Part shown: piece by piece, positions 1 through 10,811 of the stretch
Position numbering within the stretch: position 1 is the stretch's first letter
Layout of the letters: each line of letters opens with the position of its first letter
Source of the DNA: Candidatus Poribacteria bacterium
GTDB taxonomy: Bacteria; Poribacteria; WGA-4E; PCPOR2b
Length of the DNA: 64,000 nt
Direction of reading: 5' to 3'
Assembly (NCBI GenBank): GCA_965208325.1
Contig: OZ242326.1
Location: 192,001-256,000 of the forward strand
The notes under the pieces: model-generated
Told to the model about the DNA's origin: nothing
Databases searched by the model: none
Seen by the model: the letters and a program-made list of their open reading frames with translations, nothing else
Made by a program: the position numbers and the translations under genes

Positions 1-366
1 CAGCAGATTTTCATGGAGGGAGAGGCCGTTTGTCGGGTTGATAAAGCGGCGGCAGTGATCGATCCAGACTGGATAATTAATCATTCTCCGAAATACTGAA
101 CCTCCCTCAATGATATTCTGGAAGTTGCATCCATCTGCGCCGCTGTAAGTGTGAGTTTCCACATGACCGATCCAGTTGCCGGAATCTTCGTCGGTTCTGC
201 GGCATTTGCCATCAACAAAATTCCAATGGTCGTCAACCCACAGGTTCATCTCCTCAAGGTCTTGTTTCTGTACCGCCTTTTTCACGACGATGTATCCGTT
301 CAAATCAAAAAGATAATCAATTAGATATTCATCCGTTTGGTCGGCGTCAACCCAATCACGTGACAT
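1..366 (-). CDS. Phytanoyl-CoA dioxygenase (PhyH)-like Fe/2OG enzyme, N-terminal part, runs off the window edge
   Basis: Manual translation of the minus strand gives MSRDWVDADQTDEYLIDYLFDLNGYIVVKKAV..., open to position 1. YLFDLNGY matches the N-terminus of the PhyH ORF at 13650. AAGGAG lies upstream. Not in the ORF track. Confidence 0.8.
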   Translation of the reverse strand, partial: MSRDWVDADQTDEYLIDYLFDLNGYIVVKKAVQKQDLEEMNLWVDDHWNFVDGKCRRTDEDSGNWIGHVETHTYSGADGCNFQNIIEGGSVFRRMINYPVWIDHCRRFINPTNGLSLHENLL

Positions 367-583
367 AACGGGTCTCCTTCTGTTCCCGATTTCTTGAGCG
401 GTGCTGTATCAAAACTGCGGTCTTCATATACCGGTCAACCATCTACAGCGCAAATCCCTTCGACCCAACCGGTTAAATCCCCAGCCTTCTGTTTGACGTT
501 GCATCTAACGTAACCGGTTTAGTGTTTTGCCCGCACGCTCGGGCTTTGGGACAGACTTGCAATTGTTATGTATTTATTGTATT

Positions 584-612
584 ATCCTAGCAAAATTCCA
601 ATATTGAGTCAA
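584..612 (-). promoter_or_regulatory. Sigma70-type promoter for the PhyH-like gene
   Basis: TTGACT-17 bp-TAGGAT with an extended -10 TG on the minus strand. Confidence 0.5.
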
Positions 613-808
613 CTGAAATTCAATCCCGATTACGTTGATTTAAGATATGTCCCTAGCGAAACTATGTTTGACGATATCGCGCGATTCAGAACGCCATCGG
701 ATTCCAGCCTAGCGTTTTCTGCACCCTCTAAACTCATAAAACCGTATCATACGTCGAAAAATGGTGAGTAACTTTGACATCTAACCGCATCACGCACCGT
801 CTCTAATC

Positions 809-3800
809 TTGACGATGGTGTCTAGTCAATCGTTTGACGACGCCAACGTAAGAGCAGCACAAATGAGCATGCCAACTACCTCTCGATTTCACCCTCTAGT
901 TGCAAAATGGTTTACCCGCAAAATTGGTGAACCCACCGACGTACAAGCACAGGCTTGGCCGAAGATAGCTGAAGGCAATCACGTTTTGATTACTGCGCCG
1001 ACAGGGAGTGGAAAGACCTTGACGGCGTTTTTATGGTCAATTAATCAATTGGTGACGGGAACATTGCCCACTGGACACACAAGCGTCCTCTATATTTCGC
1101 CGCTCAAGGCACTCAACAATGACATTCGGCGTAACCTGCTTGAACCGCTTCGTGGTTTGAGACAGGTCTTTGAAGCGTCGGGACAACCATTCCCCAACAT
1201 CCGCGTATTGACCCGCAGCGGGGACACGCCTCAGTCGGATCGGCGCCGTATGCAGCGCCACCCGCCCGAGATTCTTATAACTACCCCTGAAAGTCTGAAT
1301 CTGTTGCTCAGTTCGAATAGCGGCCGGTCCATTCTAACGAAGATTGCCACCGTAATTCTTGACGAGATTCACGCTGTCGTCGGTACGAAGCGGGGGACAC
1401 ATCTGATTACGGCTGTAGACCGGCTAGTGCGTCTTTCCGGTGAATTTCAACGAATCGCGCTGTCTGCTACTATCCGGCCCATGGATACCGTCGCCGAGTT
1501 TGTAGGCGGATATACAACTGATGGAAACGTGCATGACCCGCAGTATTCAGCGAGGATTGTTTCGACGGTGTGCTCAATTGCCAACAAACAATACGATGTA
1601 CAGGTACGGTTTCCACAAGAAGCAGCGGAAGACCCGAATCGCGAGTCGTTTTGGGACCCGCTCATTGATGCTTTTAAAGAAATTATCGTCCGGAACCGCT
1701 CAACCCTACTTTTCGCCAACAGCAGGAGGCTATGCGAGCGGTTGACGTTGAAGATTAACACCGACGAAGAGCAACCTATCGCTTACGCACACCACGGCTC
1801 GCTGTCTCGCGAAATCCGGGAAACGGTTGAGGCAAAACTCAAAGCGGGTGAATTGAAAGCCATTATCGCAACAAGTTCGCTGGAGATGGGCATAGACATC
1901 GGTGCGCTGGATGAAGTGGTGCTTATCCAATCCCCATTCTCAATATCCTCGGCGATTCAGCGAATCGGCCGCGCAGGCCATCAGGTTGGGGAGGTGAGTC
2001 GCGCCACGGTGTTCCCGACTCATTCGCGCGACTTTCTTGATGCCGCTGTCCTATCCGAAGCCATTAACAGTCACGCAATTGAAGCCGTTAAACCTGTCAA
2101 ATGTCCCCTTGATGTGTTATCACAGATTGTCATTTCAATGGCGGCAATGGAGACTTGGGACATTGATGAGCTGTATATGCAACTGAGAACGAGTTACCCA
2201 TACCGATTCCTCGGCCGCGAACAGTTTGACCAAGTGCTGAATATGTTGGCAGGGCGGTACGCCGATAGCCGCATCCGCGAACTCAAACCGCGTGTGTCAA
2301 TTGACCGGCTTGATAATACAGTTTCGTCCAGAAAGGGAGCCATACAAGCGGTTTACGCATACGGCGGGACGATTCCTGACCGCGGGTATTTTCATATGCG
2401 CCACCATGAGACTAACGCCCGGATCGGCGAACTTGACGAAGAGTTTGTCTGGGAAAACGGAGAGGGAAGCGTATTCACACTAGGTACACAATCGTGGAGA
2501 GTTGAGCGCGTAAGCCACAGCGACGTATTTGTCCTGCCAAATAAGTCTCACCAGAAGGAAACGCCATTTTGGCGGGCAGAAGACCATGGGCGCGACTTCC
2601 ACTATTCGGAACGCGTCGGTCTTTTCCTCGAAACCGCTAATGATCGGCTGGAAGACCCTGGCTTTGCTGAAAACCTGCAACGCGAAAATTGCATGGACGA
2701 AACAGCGGCAATACAACTGATTGACTTTCTCAAAAGGCAAAAGGGTGCAACGGGATGCGGCCTGCCGCATCGGCATCATGTCTTGGTCGAAAACGTCCCA
2801 ACCGGTTACGATGGAGGCCCGGGAAATCAAGTCGTGATTCACACCTTCTGGGGTGCTAAAGTTAATCGGCCGTTTGGTCTGGCGCTTTCGTCCGCATGGG
2901 CAACCAGATTCGGTTATCAACTAGAAATTCATGCCACTGACGATTGTATTGTCTTAATGCTGCCGGAAGATTTGCCCGCGGAAGAACTGATGTCGATGGT
3001 AACAAGTGCCGCTCTTCAACCACTCCTTCGAAAACAGCTCGAAGGATCAGGTTATTTTAGCGCTAGGTTTCGGGAGTGCGCCGGGAGGTCATTGCTGTTA
3101 ACGTCCGGCAAGATGAACCAACGGATGCCCCTGTGGTTAAGCCGCTTACGCTCTCAAAAATTAATGACAGCCGTGATGAAATACGAGGATTTCCCCATAC
3201 TGCTTGAGACGTGGCGCACCTGCTTACAAGACGAGTTTGATTTGGAAAGCCTACAGCAGGTGCTCACAGAGCTTGAATCAGGTTCTATTTCTTGGACAGC
3301 AGTCAATACCCGCTACGCCAGCCCGATGGCGCAAAATGCTTCTTGGCGCCAGATAAACGAGTATATGTATATGGTCGATTATGCAAAATCGAAACACACT
3401 TCAATGCTTCGGAATGATCTCCTTCGCGATGTCGTGTTTATGCCGGGATTACGTCCCACGGTCACGCAAGCGCTAGTTCAAGAGTTTGAACACAAACGCC
3501 AGCGGTTGAGTCCGGGTTACTCGCCGCAGTCTGCACGTGACCTGGTTGATTGGGTAAAGGAACGGCTCATCATTCCTGAGCCGGAGTGGGAATCGCTCCT
3601 AAACGCCATTCATCACGACCACCAGCTCGAATTAGGCGAACTTTTCCGCGCCTTAAACGATAAACTTGTTCGCGTAACACTCCCTCGAACCTCCAAAGGG
3701 TCAATCGTTGCCATCGAAACGATGCCCCGTATCTGCAGTTTGTACAGCGATAAAGAGGTTATTGATGTTGAGCCATTCATCCAATCAACAGTTAGTACCC

Positions 3801-5422
3801 AAGAACAGATGTGCTCAAATGTCAACGGCGGTGCACAGGCCGGCGAGTTAGACATGCAAGCCCTTACATCGGTGCTGGAGGAGTGGTTGCAGTTCTATGG
3901 CCCTAAAACTGCCGAATTCATTCAAGATACGCTTGGTATCGAAAGCGGACAATTGCAGTTGTTGGTCGAAGACCTCGTCGATTCGCAAAGCATTGTCATC
4001 GGGAAACTCGTAGCAGATGACAACCATCAATCCGTCTGCGACAGTGAAAACTTCGAAATTCTTCTGCGCCTGACGCGGCGAGACGCGATTCCGGCATTTG
4101 AACCGCTTGAATTTGAATGGTTACCAGTCTTTCTTGCCGAAAACCAACGGCTCGCAACGCCCGAAAACGACGTAAACGACGTAGGCGGACTGTTCGATTG
4201 CATCGAACAATTGGCTTGTTTTTCGGCACAAGCGGGACTCTGGGAGTCGGAAATCCTCCCTGCGAGGCTCTACCCATATTCCACATCGTGGCTCGACACT
4301 ATCATGATGGAAGGCGGCCTCCGGTGGGTCGGCATGGAAAACCGGCGTGTGGCTTTCTGCTTTGATTCGGATCGAGACCTCATGCAAGAAAAAAGCAGCA
4401 ACGGCGGCAATGAGTTACCGGACGCTAAAAGTGAGAACAGGGAAGAAACGGACGCGCCGATGCCGCGTATGAATAAGCGCCCCGCAGAAGAAATTTACAA
4501 TCTGTTTCCTGACGAAACCGGGCGTTACGATTTTGCATCCATGTTACGAACGTCCTCGCTCAGCGCGAGCCAATTGACGGAGCAGATATGGAATTTCGTC
4601 TGGGCGGGCATGGTAACGAACGACACATTCATGTCACTGCGAAGAGGCGTGCAGAGTAAGTTCAAACATCCGGAAGTTGGGGTGTCCAGAGAACACAATA
4701 GGCATCGTCGTTTAAGCCGCCGCACCGAATTTGGCAGATGGAAAAATTCAAGTTCTTACATCGGTAATTGGTACCGGCTGCCGTCACTAAATCTTTCCGA
4801 CGACCCCATTGAGGCGGAAGAGCTAAAGAAAGATCGCGCGAGGTTGTTGCTAAACCGGTACGGAATAGTCTTTCGGGAGTTGCTCCAGAGAGAACTAGCT
4901 ACGTTCCGTTGGTCGGATATCTTTCGATCTTTGCGTATCATGGAGCTGTCCGGCGAGGTTTTGGCCGGTTGTTTCTTCCATGGAATCCCTGGTCCGCAGT
5001 TTATCTCACATCAGGCGTTCCGGCGGTTAAGCCGGCATCTCCCGATAGATAAAATTTTCTGGATAAATGCAGCTGATCCGGCGTCCTTGTGCGGCCTTCA
5101 ACTCGATGCCGTCAAAGGGAAAATGCCGAAGCGAGTTCCTAGCACTCATTTGGTCTTTCGTGGACGCAAAATTGTAATGATTTCAGAGCGCAATGGCAAA
5201 GCGCTTAAGTTTAATGTGCCGCACGACGACCGGCAGATACAGTTGTATCTCGGAGTCCTGCACCATCTGATCAGGCGCGAATTTCAACCAATTCCCCGAA
5301 TCACAATCGAGACTATCAACGGCGAGGACGCGGCGCGGAGTCCATACGCCGATATGTTGCGGACCGCTTTTGAGGTGACAATCGATTACAAGCATCTAAT
5401 TCTCTATCGCAAATCGGTTTGA
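809..5422 (+). CDS. lhr: Lhr-family DEAD/DEAH-box helicase, long form; likely start ATG 863
   Basis: APTGSGKT, ISPLKAL, DEIH, LSAT, HHGSLS, TSSLEMGIDIG, QRIGRAGH, GGTIPDRG and GELDEEFV motifs, plus the long C-terminal region typical of large Lhr. Confidence 0.93.
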   Translation: MTMVSSQSFDDANVRAAQMSMPTTSRFHPLVAKWFTRKIGEPTDVQAQAWPKIAEGNHVLITAPTGSGKTLTAFLWSINQLVTGTLPTGHTSVLYISPLKALNNDIRRNLLEPLRGLRQVFEASGQPFPNIRVLTRSGDTPQSDRRRMQRHPPEILITTPESLNLLLSSNSGRSILTKIATVILDEIHAVVGTKRGTHLITAVDRLVRLSGEFQRIALSATIRPMDTVAEFVGGYTTDGNVHDPQYSARIVSTVCSIANKQYDVQVRFPQEAAEDPNRESFWDPLIDAFKEIIVRNRSTLLFANSRRLCERLTLKINTDEEQPIAYAHHGSLSREIRETVEAKLKAGELKAIIATSSLEMGIDIGALDEVVLIQSPFSISSAIQRIGRAGHQVGEVSRATVFPTHSRDFLDAAVLSEAINSHAIEAVKPVKCPLDVLSQIVISMAAMETWDIDELYMQLRTSYPYRFLGREQFDQVLNMLAGRYADSRIRELKPRVSIDRLDNTVSSRKGAIQAVYAYGGTIPDRGYFHMRHHETNARIGELDEEFVWENGEGSVFTLGTQSWRVERVSHSDVFVLPNKSHQKETPFWRAEDHGRDFHYSERVGLFLETANDRLEDPGFAENLQRENCMDETAAIQLIDFLKRQKGATGCGLPHRHHVLVENVPTGYDGGPGNQVVIHTFWGAKVNRPFGLALSSAWATRFGYQLEIHATDDCIVLMLPEDLPAEELMSMVTSAALQPLLRKQLEGSGYFSARFRECAGRSLLLTSGKMNQRMPLWLSRLRSQKLMTAVMKYEDFPILLETWRTCLQDEFDLESLQQVLTELESGSISWTAVNTRYASPMAQNASWRQINEYMYMVDYAKSKHTSMLRNDLLRDVVFMPGLRPTVTQALVQEFEHKRQRLSPGYSPQSARDLVDWVKERLIIPEPEWESLLNAIHHDHQLELGELFRALNDKLVRVTLPRTSKGSIVAIETMPRICSLYSDKEVIDVEPFIQSTVSTQEQMCSNVNGGAQAGELDMQALTSVLEEWLQFYGPKTAEFIQDTLGIESGQLQLLVEDLVDSQSIVIGKLVADDNHQSVCDSENFEILLRLTRRDAIPAFEPLEFEWLPVFLAENQRLATPENDVNDVGGLFDCIEQLACFSAQAGLWESEILPARLYPYSTSWLDTIMMEGGLRWVGMENRRVAFCFDSDRDLMQEKSSNGGNELPDAKSENREETDAPMPRMNKRPAEEIYNLFPDETGRYDFASMLRTSSLSASQLTEQIWNFVWAGMVTNDTFMSLRRGVQSKFKHPEVGVSREHNRHRRLSRRTEFGRWKNSSSYIGNWYRLPSLNLSDDPIEAEELKKDRARLLLNRYGIVFRELLQRELATFRWSDIFRSLRIMELSGEVLAGCFFHGIPGPQFISHQAFRRLSRHLPIDKIFWINAADPASLCGLQLDAVKGKMPKRVPSTHLVFRGRKIVMISERNGKALKFNVPHDDRQIQLYLGVLHHLIRREFQPIPRITIETINGEDAARSPYADMLRTAFEVTIDYKHLILYRKSV

Positions 5423-5593
5423 ATACAAATTAACAATTGCGCCGCTATGAGAGTATGAAAAAGGCATTCTCAATGTCATTTCAGATTCGACTGCGCTGTC
5501 AGCACTACCATTGAGTACAAAACCTACCGTATTCCACAGCAAATCGTGGGTTGCGAGAAACCCGTTGTGTCCTCGGAAAGCCTTCCTATGTAC

Positions 5594-6490
5594 ATGAAAA
5601 AATTAATGATTGTGATTGCGATTGTGTTGATCGTTATGGTAAACGGTGTTGTGTCTGCTCAGGATGCTGGCGGGAAATTGGTCTTTGCCATCCGCAATCC
5701 ATTCTTGCATCGAGATGGGTTCCGGGCAGACACGGGCACGCTGGAGAAAGGCAGAAGTACGACGAAATGGCGGGAGTTCTACGAGTATAATATCTGCACC
5801 ATGCATCCAGCCGGAACCGATTTTCGCTAACTCACAGACGACGGGGTTTCGCGCCGGCCGCGATGGTCTCCGGACAGACAGCGAATCGCTTACATCTCTG
5901 GAGTTGATGGCGGTGAATCGCTGCATGTGATGGCGGGCGACGGCACTGAGAATAAACGGCTCGCCAAGGAACAACATCGCATTCACGATATCTGGTGGTC
6001 ACCGTCAAGTGATGCCATTCTAGTTGCGCTGGAAATTGAGCAAGCAAGGAACCAATTGGAAAACTGGATCGTGGCGATCGGTGGAAAATCAACAAAGCGC
6101 TGGCGAACCAGCCGATGGGCAAAGGGATGGCGGCACTGGGATGTAAACGGCGCGAAAGTCAATGAACCGAGAAACAGATTGATGGAAGCGCTGCCGGAAG
6201 GGACGAAATGGCCGGTGTGGTCGCCGGATGGAAAGCAGATTCTTTTTTACACAGCGGGAAAAATCTGCGTTGCCGCGGTAGAGAACGGCAGTTTCACAAA
6301 ATATCGGAATCTTAGCCCTTACAGCGGGTGGGACGCTGCATGGAGTCCGGATGGTAGTCGTATTGCATTCGTTGGGCGCGATTCAGCCGGGCGCGACACT
6401 AGCGAAATCTTCCTATTAGATGTTGAGACGGGAAATATGCGTCAGATTACTCCAAGCACCCACGGTTATTTGGATTTGCATTGGCGGTAA
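5594..6490 (+). pseudogene. Secreted TolB-like (PD40 repeat) beta-propeller protein with an in-frame TAA at 5828-5830
   Basis: ORFs 5546-5830 and 5927-6490 share a frame. Read-through gives ...TDFR*LTDDGVSRRPRWSPDRQRIAY... Signal peptide MKKLMIVIAIV and several WSPD repeats. Confidence 0.8.
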
Positions 6491-6590
6491 AAGTACGAAA
6501 AATTACCGATGCTTTTCCGATTCCCTTCCGAATTTCATGCAAGCTTCATTGACTTGCAGCCACAGGCGCGGTACATAGACTTAAAATCAG

Positions 6591-8450
6591 CTAATTGTCA
6601 TCGTCGCGCTCACTGAGTAACTCACCTCGCGCGAGGCGTTCGGCATTCTCCGTTGACCAAAGGATGTTCTTCATCAACTTCTGTGCAGTAATGTACCGGG
6701 TTGCCGCCAAAATGTGTATTCGCTTCTCCTCCGGATCGCCTGACAGGTCGAAGTGTCTCAAGGCGGCTTCAAGCACCTGGAACATGTGGAGCTCTGCATC
6801 TTCACGAAGCAAGATGTGGCAGAGCGCCTGCCTAAGATTTTTGATGTCGTGTCCGTCCTCAAGGTATTGATTTACTAAAATCTCCGCTTCATAAACCTTC
6901 TGGAAATCCGCCATTTCTTGAAGGCGGTCCAACATCTGTTTGGAGGAATCATAGGTTTCGTCAAGTCGCTGTCCGGGTTTTGGTACGCGTGCGGCGGGCA
7001 TATTGAGCCAACGGAGATAGGTTAGGAACACTACACCGTGAAAGATTCCACGTAATAGCTCCGCGCTCGGTGCGTAATGGAACGCGCAATAAAGGGCATG
7101 GGCGTACGAGTAGATGTTTGCCACATCGTGCCAATCTCCTTCATTTTTTAGGTGAAACTGCACAATGCGAATTGCAGCCGCATAAGTCATCGCACGGCAG
7201 ACGTCGTCCGGTCTGACGCCTGCACGGAGTTTCTCTTCCACCGCCGCAACAATCGGTCTGAAATCCTCACCGAGTAGGACCTGCGAAAATGCGGATACAT
7301 CAAGCGATGCCTCGTTTGCGGCATTTTCTTCCCAAATATCGTGAATTCGAGAAAAGACCGAATCCAGCACGGAAATAGAATCAGCCCAGCGCGACGTTTC
7401 CTCATGCCGAGTTCGGGTAACCAAATCGACGATTATCGGACGTAAGATTTCATGTGCCCCTTCCCACTCGACGTAATCCAATGCCTCAAACATCTTATTG
7501 GCGAAATCGAGTGCGTGGCCGTCGCCGGTGAAGTAGAAGTCGGTCGCCGCAGTAAAGACGAAATCAGCGATGACTGACTTTGCGTATCCGCGGTCGTTGA
7601 GCGTCAATAAAATACGTTCCGCCGCGCCGCGGTGCCGTTTTTCCACAAAATAGCGGAACCACCGTTTGAGTGTTGTAAGGTCATGCTCTTCGGCTGTGCG
7701 CGGAAAAGGTGCGCGGTATGGGCGTGAACTCCCTGTTGTTCTACGGCTAACCTGAGCCAGGCCATGCACCAGAAACAAATTGTGGTCTTTGGGGTCAACT
7801 TCGTTCCACAGGTTGCCCGCAAGTGCGAGGATTGTAACACCGGACGACCAACCTTCGCTGCTTTTGTGCGCCCCGTAGTAAAGTCCTTGTTGAATTATTT
7901 CCTGCGGTGATGCTCCTGCGCCTTGTATAGCGGTAACCGCTTTCGCAATGAAAAAGGAACTCTGGTCTTTGAGCCCTCGCTCCAGCGCACGCTTGCCACG
8001 TTCAATAGCGCGGCGTTGGGCTGCTTCCTTCTCCCCGTGGGCAACGCCAACGTAGAGATAACCGTCATCACGCGACTCGACCGGGAATGCCTTTAAATCA
8101 TCCCCGAACGCTTGAAAACAGCCGCCCGATTTGAGGTCGAATTCCCAGTGATGCCAATGGCAGATCAACACACCATCGCGGAGGCTGCCCTTGGACATCG
8201 GATAACCCATGTGCGGACAGCGATTATCAACCGCGTAAAATTTACCCTCAAATTTGAAGATGGCGAGGTGAGTGCCGTTGACATGAAACGGTTTGCCTTC
8301 AAGCTCTGCAAAGTCATCAGCACGGCACAGTTGGTGGTAGACGAGATCGGCTCCCGCCGCATATTCAACAGGCGGGCTCTCGACGTGGACTGAACCAGCT
8401 GCCTGCTCTTGCGGAATAGATGTTGTAACGCTCACGTTGAGTACCTCCAT
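6591..8450 (-). CDS. Rieske [2Fe-2S] domain protein with a large C-terminal domain of unknown function
   Basis: NRCPHMG...ICHWHHWEFD Rieske motif (NirD/ferredoxin-like) followed by about 480 aa of His-containing, helical-looking sequence. Confidence 0.85.
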   Translation of the reverse strand: MEVLNVSVTTSIPQEQAAGSVHVESPPVEYAAGADLVYHQLCRADDFAELEGKPFHVNGTHLAIFKFEGKFYAVDNRCPHMGYPMSKGSLRDGVLICHWHHWEFDLKSGGCFQAFGDDLKAFPVESRDDGYLYVGVAHGEKEAAQRRAIERGKRALERGLKDQSSFFIAKAVTAIQGAGASPQEIIQQGLYYGAHKSSEGWSSGVTILALAGNLWNEVDPKDHNLFLVHGLAQVSRRTTGSSRPYRAPFPRTAEEHDLTTLKRWFRYFVEKRHRGAAERILLTLNDRGYAKSVIADFVFTAATDFYFTGDGHALDFANKMFEALDYVEWEGAHEILRPIIVDLVTRTRHEETSRWADSISVLDSVFSRIHDIWEENAANEASLDVSAFSQVLLGEDFRPIVAAVEEKLRAGVRPDDVCRAMTYAAAIRIVQFHLKNEGDWHDVANIYSYAHALYCAFHYAPSAELLRGIFHGVVFLTYLRWLNMPAARVPKPGQRLDETYDSSKQMLDRLQEMADFQKVYEAEILVNQYLEDGHDIKNLRQALCHILLREDAELHMFQVLEAALRHFDLSGDPEEKRIHILAATRYITAQKLMKNILWSTENAERLARGELLSERDDDN

Positions 8451-8953
8451 GCTTTGTAACGTGATTCAAAATTGAACGTCTTGTATCATCGGTTGCAATG
8501 TCCCACATTTGCCTTGATTGCGAACTGTTTCGATACATCGCCGGCCCCCGTTTCACTACAAATGGGTACCAACCGATTTACCCATCCCGATATCGTCCCT
8601 CTAGCGCCAAATCCGCGGCAATTTATCCCAACATCTTGGAGATCGGGGCTTGTGGCACATGGTCGTTTTGTCTAAAGATGAGCAAGTGTCGTTATTGGAT
8701 TTCAACTTAGCTCCAGGGCAAACATCAACGATAATTGTAAATTAACCCCAGCCAAATGTCCAGCTTTTTGCGGACAGCGATTGGAATAAAATGCAGGCGC
8801 CTAATTGGTCGATTTTTGGGATGACAAACGAAGGACGTTCTGATAAAATCTGCCAATGCAACGCATACAAGTATTCGCAAGAAAAACGGGCAAAATATGC
8901 GCTGGACGCCAACGATTGACTCCACAATCTTAGGGCTTGTTGAGAGGTCGTAG

Positions 8954-9202
8954 ATGAATCAGAAGATTTTTCGACTCGTCGATCTTGAACATGACCAAGA
9001 GATTGGAATAATCACTGAAAATCAGGTTCAATTTTTGATTGAGAATCTTGAGGAGGGAGGTATTGAAGATCAAGACTATTACATTAATGAAGAAACATAC
9101 GACTTTCTTGCCGAGAACGGATGCGAAGTAGAATTGCTCGAAATGCTCGCCGAAGCCCTCGAGCGCCGAGATGAAATCGACATTCGATACGAAATGATTT
9201 AA
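8954..9202 (+). CDS. Small, very acidic hypothetical protein
   Basis: GAGG upstream; 82 aa with about 24 D/E and 5 K/R. Confidence 0.8.
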   Translation: MNQKIFRLVDLEHDQEIGIITENQVQFLIENLEEGGIEDQDYYINEETYDFLAENGCEVELLEMLAEALERRDEIDIRYEMI

Positions 9203-9513
9203 TTAGCACTTATACACTTCAGATTGAAGTTGCCAGACTCATAAGGTGTCGAAGGGCATTGTCAACGCTTTACCCGACGTAGGCGGACATCTTGCCCCGC
9301 ATTCTTGATGAAGCATCGAATTACGGCGCTTCATCCTTCCACTGTGTAAGTCCTGATAATGAGAATTACGCAAATCATTAGGTCCGAATCAGTATGTTGG
9401 ATACAACTGTTTGTCTTGACGCATAATTTGAAGTCCCTTGCTGACTGCATTTCACACTCCGCTCAATTGGCAAGGATTAAGGCGTAGAAACGTCAAAACA
9501 GTGGAAATTTCTC

Positions 9514-9542
9514 TTGCGTTTTTAGCATAATGATGTTAAAAT
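9514..9542 (+). promoter_or_regulatory. Sigma70 promoter of tRNA-Ala
   Basis: TTGCGT-17 bp-TAAAAT with TG extension, 16 nt before the tRNA. Confidence 0.65.
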
Positions 9543-9558
9543 CTATGCTTGTTCAAGT

Positions 9559-9634
<76 letters not shown>

Positions 9635-9699
9635 TTTTTTTGCCCGCCCCATGCGTTGCACATTTTCGCCAATGGCATTTTTTTGCGTTTTCCCGGCCG

Positions 9700-10176
9700 C
9701 TATTGTTTGGCGCCGTCTGTTTTCTTGTCTTTAGGCGAGGTTGTCCCTAAGCGTCGGGGTGTTAATCCGTTTTCTAACACCCCCAAGATTGTCAAGTGCA
9801 ATTGCGCACGATACGGCAATTCTTCGATGAGTTTATCTTCCGTTGATTTTATCTTCGACTCTTCGTCTAAACGACTCTGACGTAGTTTTTTCAACGTCTC
9901 CCCAATTTCATCTTCCGATACGACTAAATCCTTGGCAAGTCGATTTAGTAGGCGTAGATTTTCGACAGCCTTAATGCGTTTTTGGCGTTTGAGTTCCCAA
10001 AGCGCTTTTATCTTCTTCGTTTGGTCAGTTGACACCCCGAGCTCTGCCAACGTTACCCCTCTGCTTTCGTTCGTTTCCTCTGCCATTAGTGCCCACGCCC
10101 ACATGCCAACCAGTACGGTAAAGGCAGTGATTGATATGAGCAAACTCACGAAGAAGGGTGTATGGTCTCTTCGCAT
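9700..10176 (-). CDS. Exported helical protein, Spy/CpxP-like
   Basis: N-terminal hydrophobic segment; LAELGVSTDQ and charged helices; GGAGG RBS. Confidence 0.6.
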   Translation of the reverse strand: MRRDHTPFFVSLLISITAFTVLVGMWAWALMAEETNESRGVTLAELGVSTDQTKKIKALWELKRQKRIKAVENLRLLNRLAKDLVVSEDEIGETLKKLRQSRLDEESKIKSTEDKLIEELPYRAQLHLTILGVLENGLTPRRLGTTSPKDKKTDGAKQ

Positions 10177-10446
10177 ATTTCACCTCCAGTCGGTCGTCAA
10201 AACCGAGAAATCCCTTTCACCCTGATGTGCGCCAACGTTGATTAAGCGTGTTTTCAACCTGCCCCCTTAAGCGCTGCAGCAATGCGCTGGCAACTCATGC
10301 GGTGTAAGTAGCATACCACAGTTGTCCTGAACAGTCAAGCGGCGAGAAATGTAGTGCCGGATAAACATTGCATCGCACAAGTCGATATGAGATAATGTTA
10401 ACCTGCGGAAGGTTCAATTGTATCCCGAGTCAATAAGGAGACAGAC

Positions 10447-10725
10447 GTGTTGGAGAAGATTCGCGAATTAATCATTTTACTTCAAACTGGAATTGAGGAC
10501 TACGAAGGACAGTTAAAGACACTACAGGAAGAACGGTTGAAATTTATTCGCCTATCCCAATCAAACGGATTTGGCACGGATGAAAACTCCTCAAACGAAT
10601 CTTGGCTGCTCCATCTAAAACAGCTTGAGGATTCACTGGAACTCCGCGTTAATGCACTCAAACAGGCAATCAAAGAAACCGCAGATGATATTACGTCAAC
10701 GGAAAAATCAAATACGGATTCCTGA
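10447..10725 (+). CDS. Hypothetical coiled-coil protein
   Basis: AAGGAG RBS, GTG start, heptad-rich sequence, upstream TTGCAT-17-GATAAT. Confidence 0.7.
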   Translation: MLEKIRELIILLQTGIEDYEGQLKTLQEERLKFIRLSQSNGFGTDENSSNESWLLHLKQLEDSLELRVNALKQAIKETADDITSTEKSNTDS

Positions 10726-10811
10726 CAGGTGTGCCGTGAGCAAAGGATTATCGCGGCTAATGATGCATGAAAGCATTCTAACACATTTCTACTGCGGCAC
10801 CGTAAAACCGA

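Noticed and set aside
367..583. Riboswitch in the long leader of the first PhyH gene (GGGCAAAAC, paired AACCGGTT)
   Set aside because: Does not fit the c-di-GMP-I consensus or any other riboswitch I can recognise.
568..771. This and the many other 60-200 aa ORFs lying in intergenic DNA or overlapping longer genes
   Set aside because: No recognisable motifs or RBS; most are antisense or off-frame shadows of well-supported genes.
5828..5830. Stop-codon reassignment
   Set aside because: A single case; TAA, TAG and TGA all terminate intact genes in this window.
9635..10450. Island integrated at a tRNA
   Set aside because: No integrase and no duplicated tRNA 3' end seen near any of the three tRNAs.
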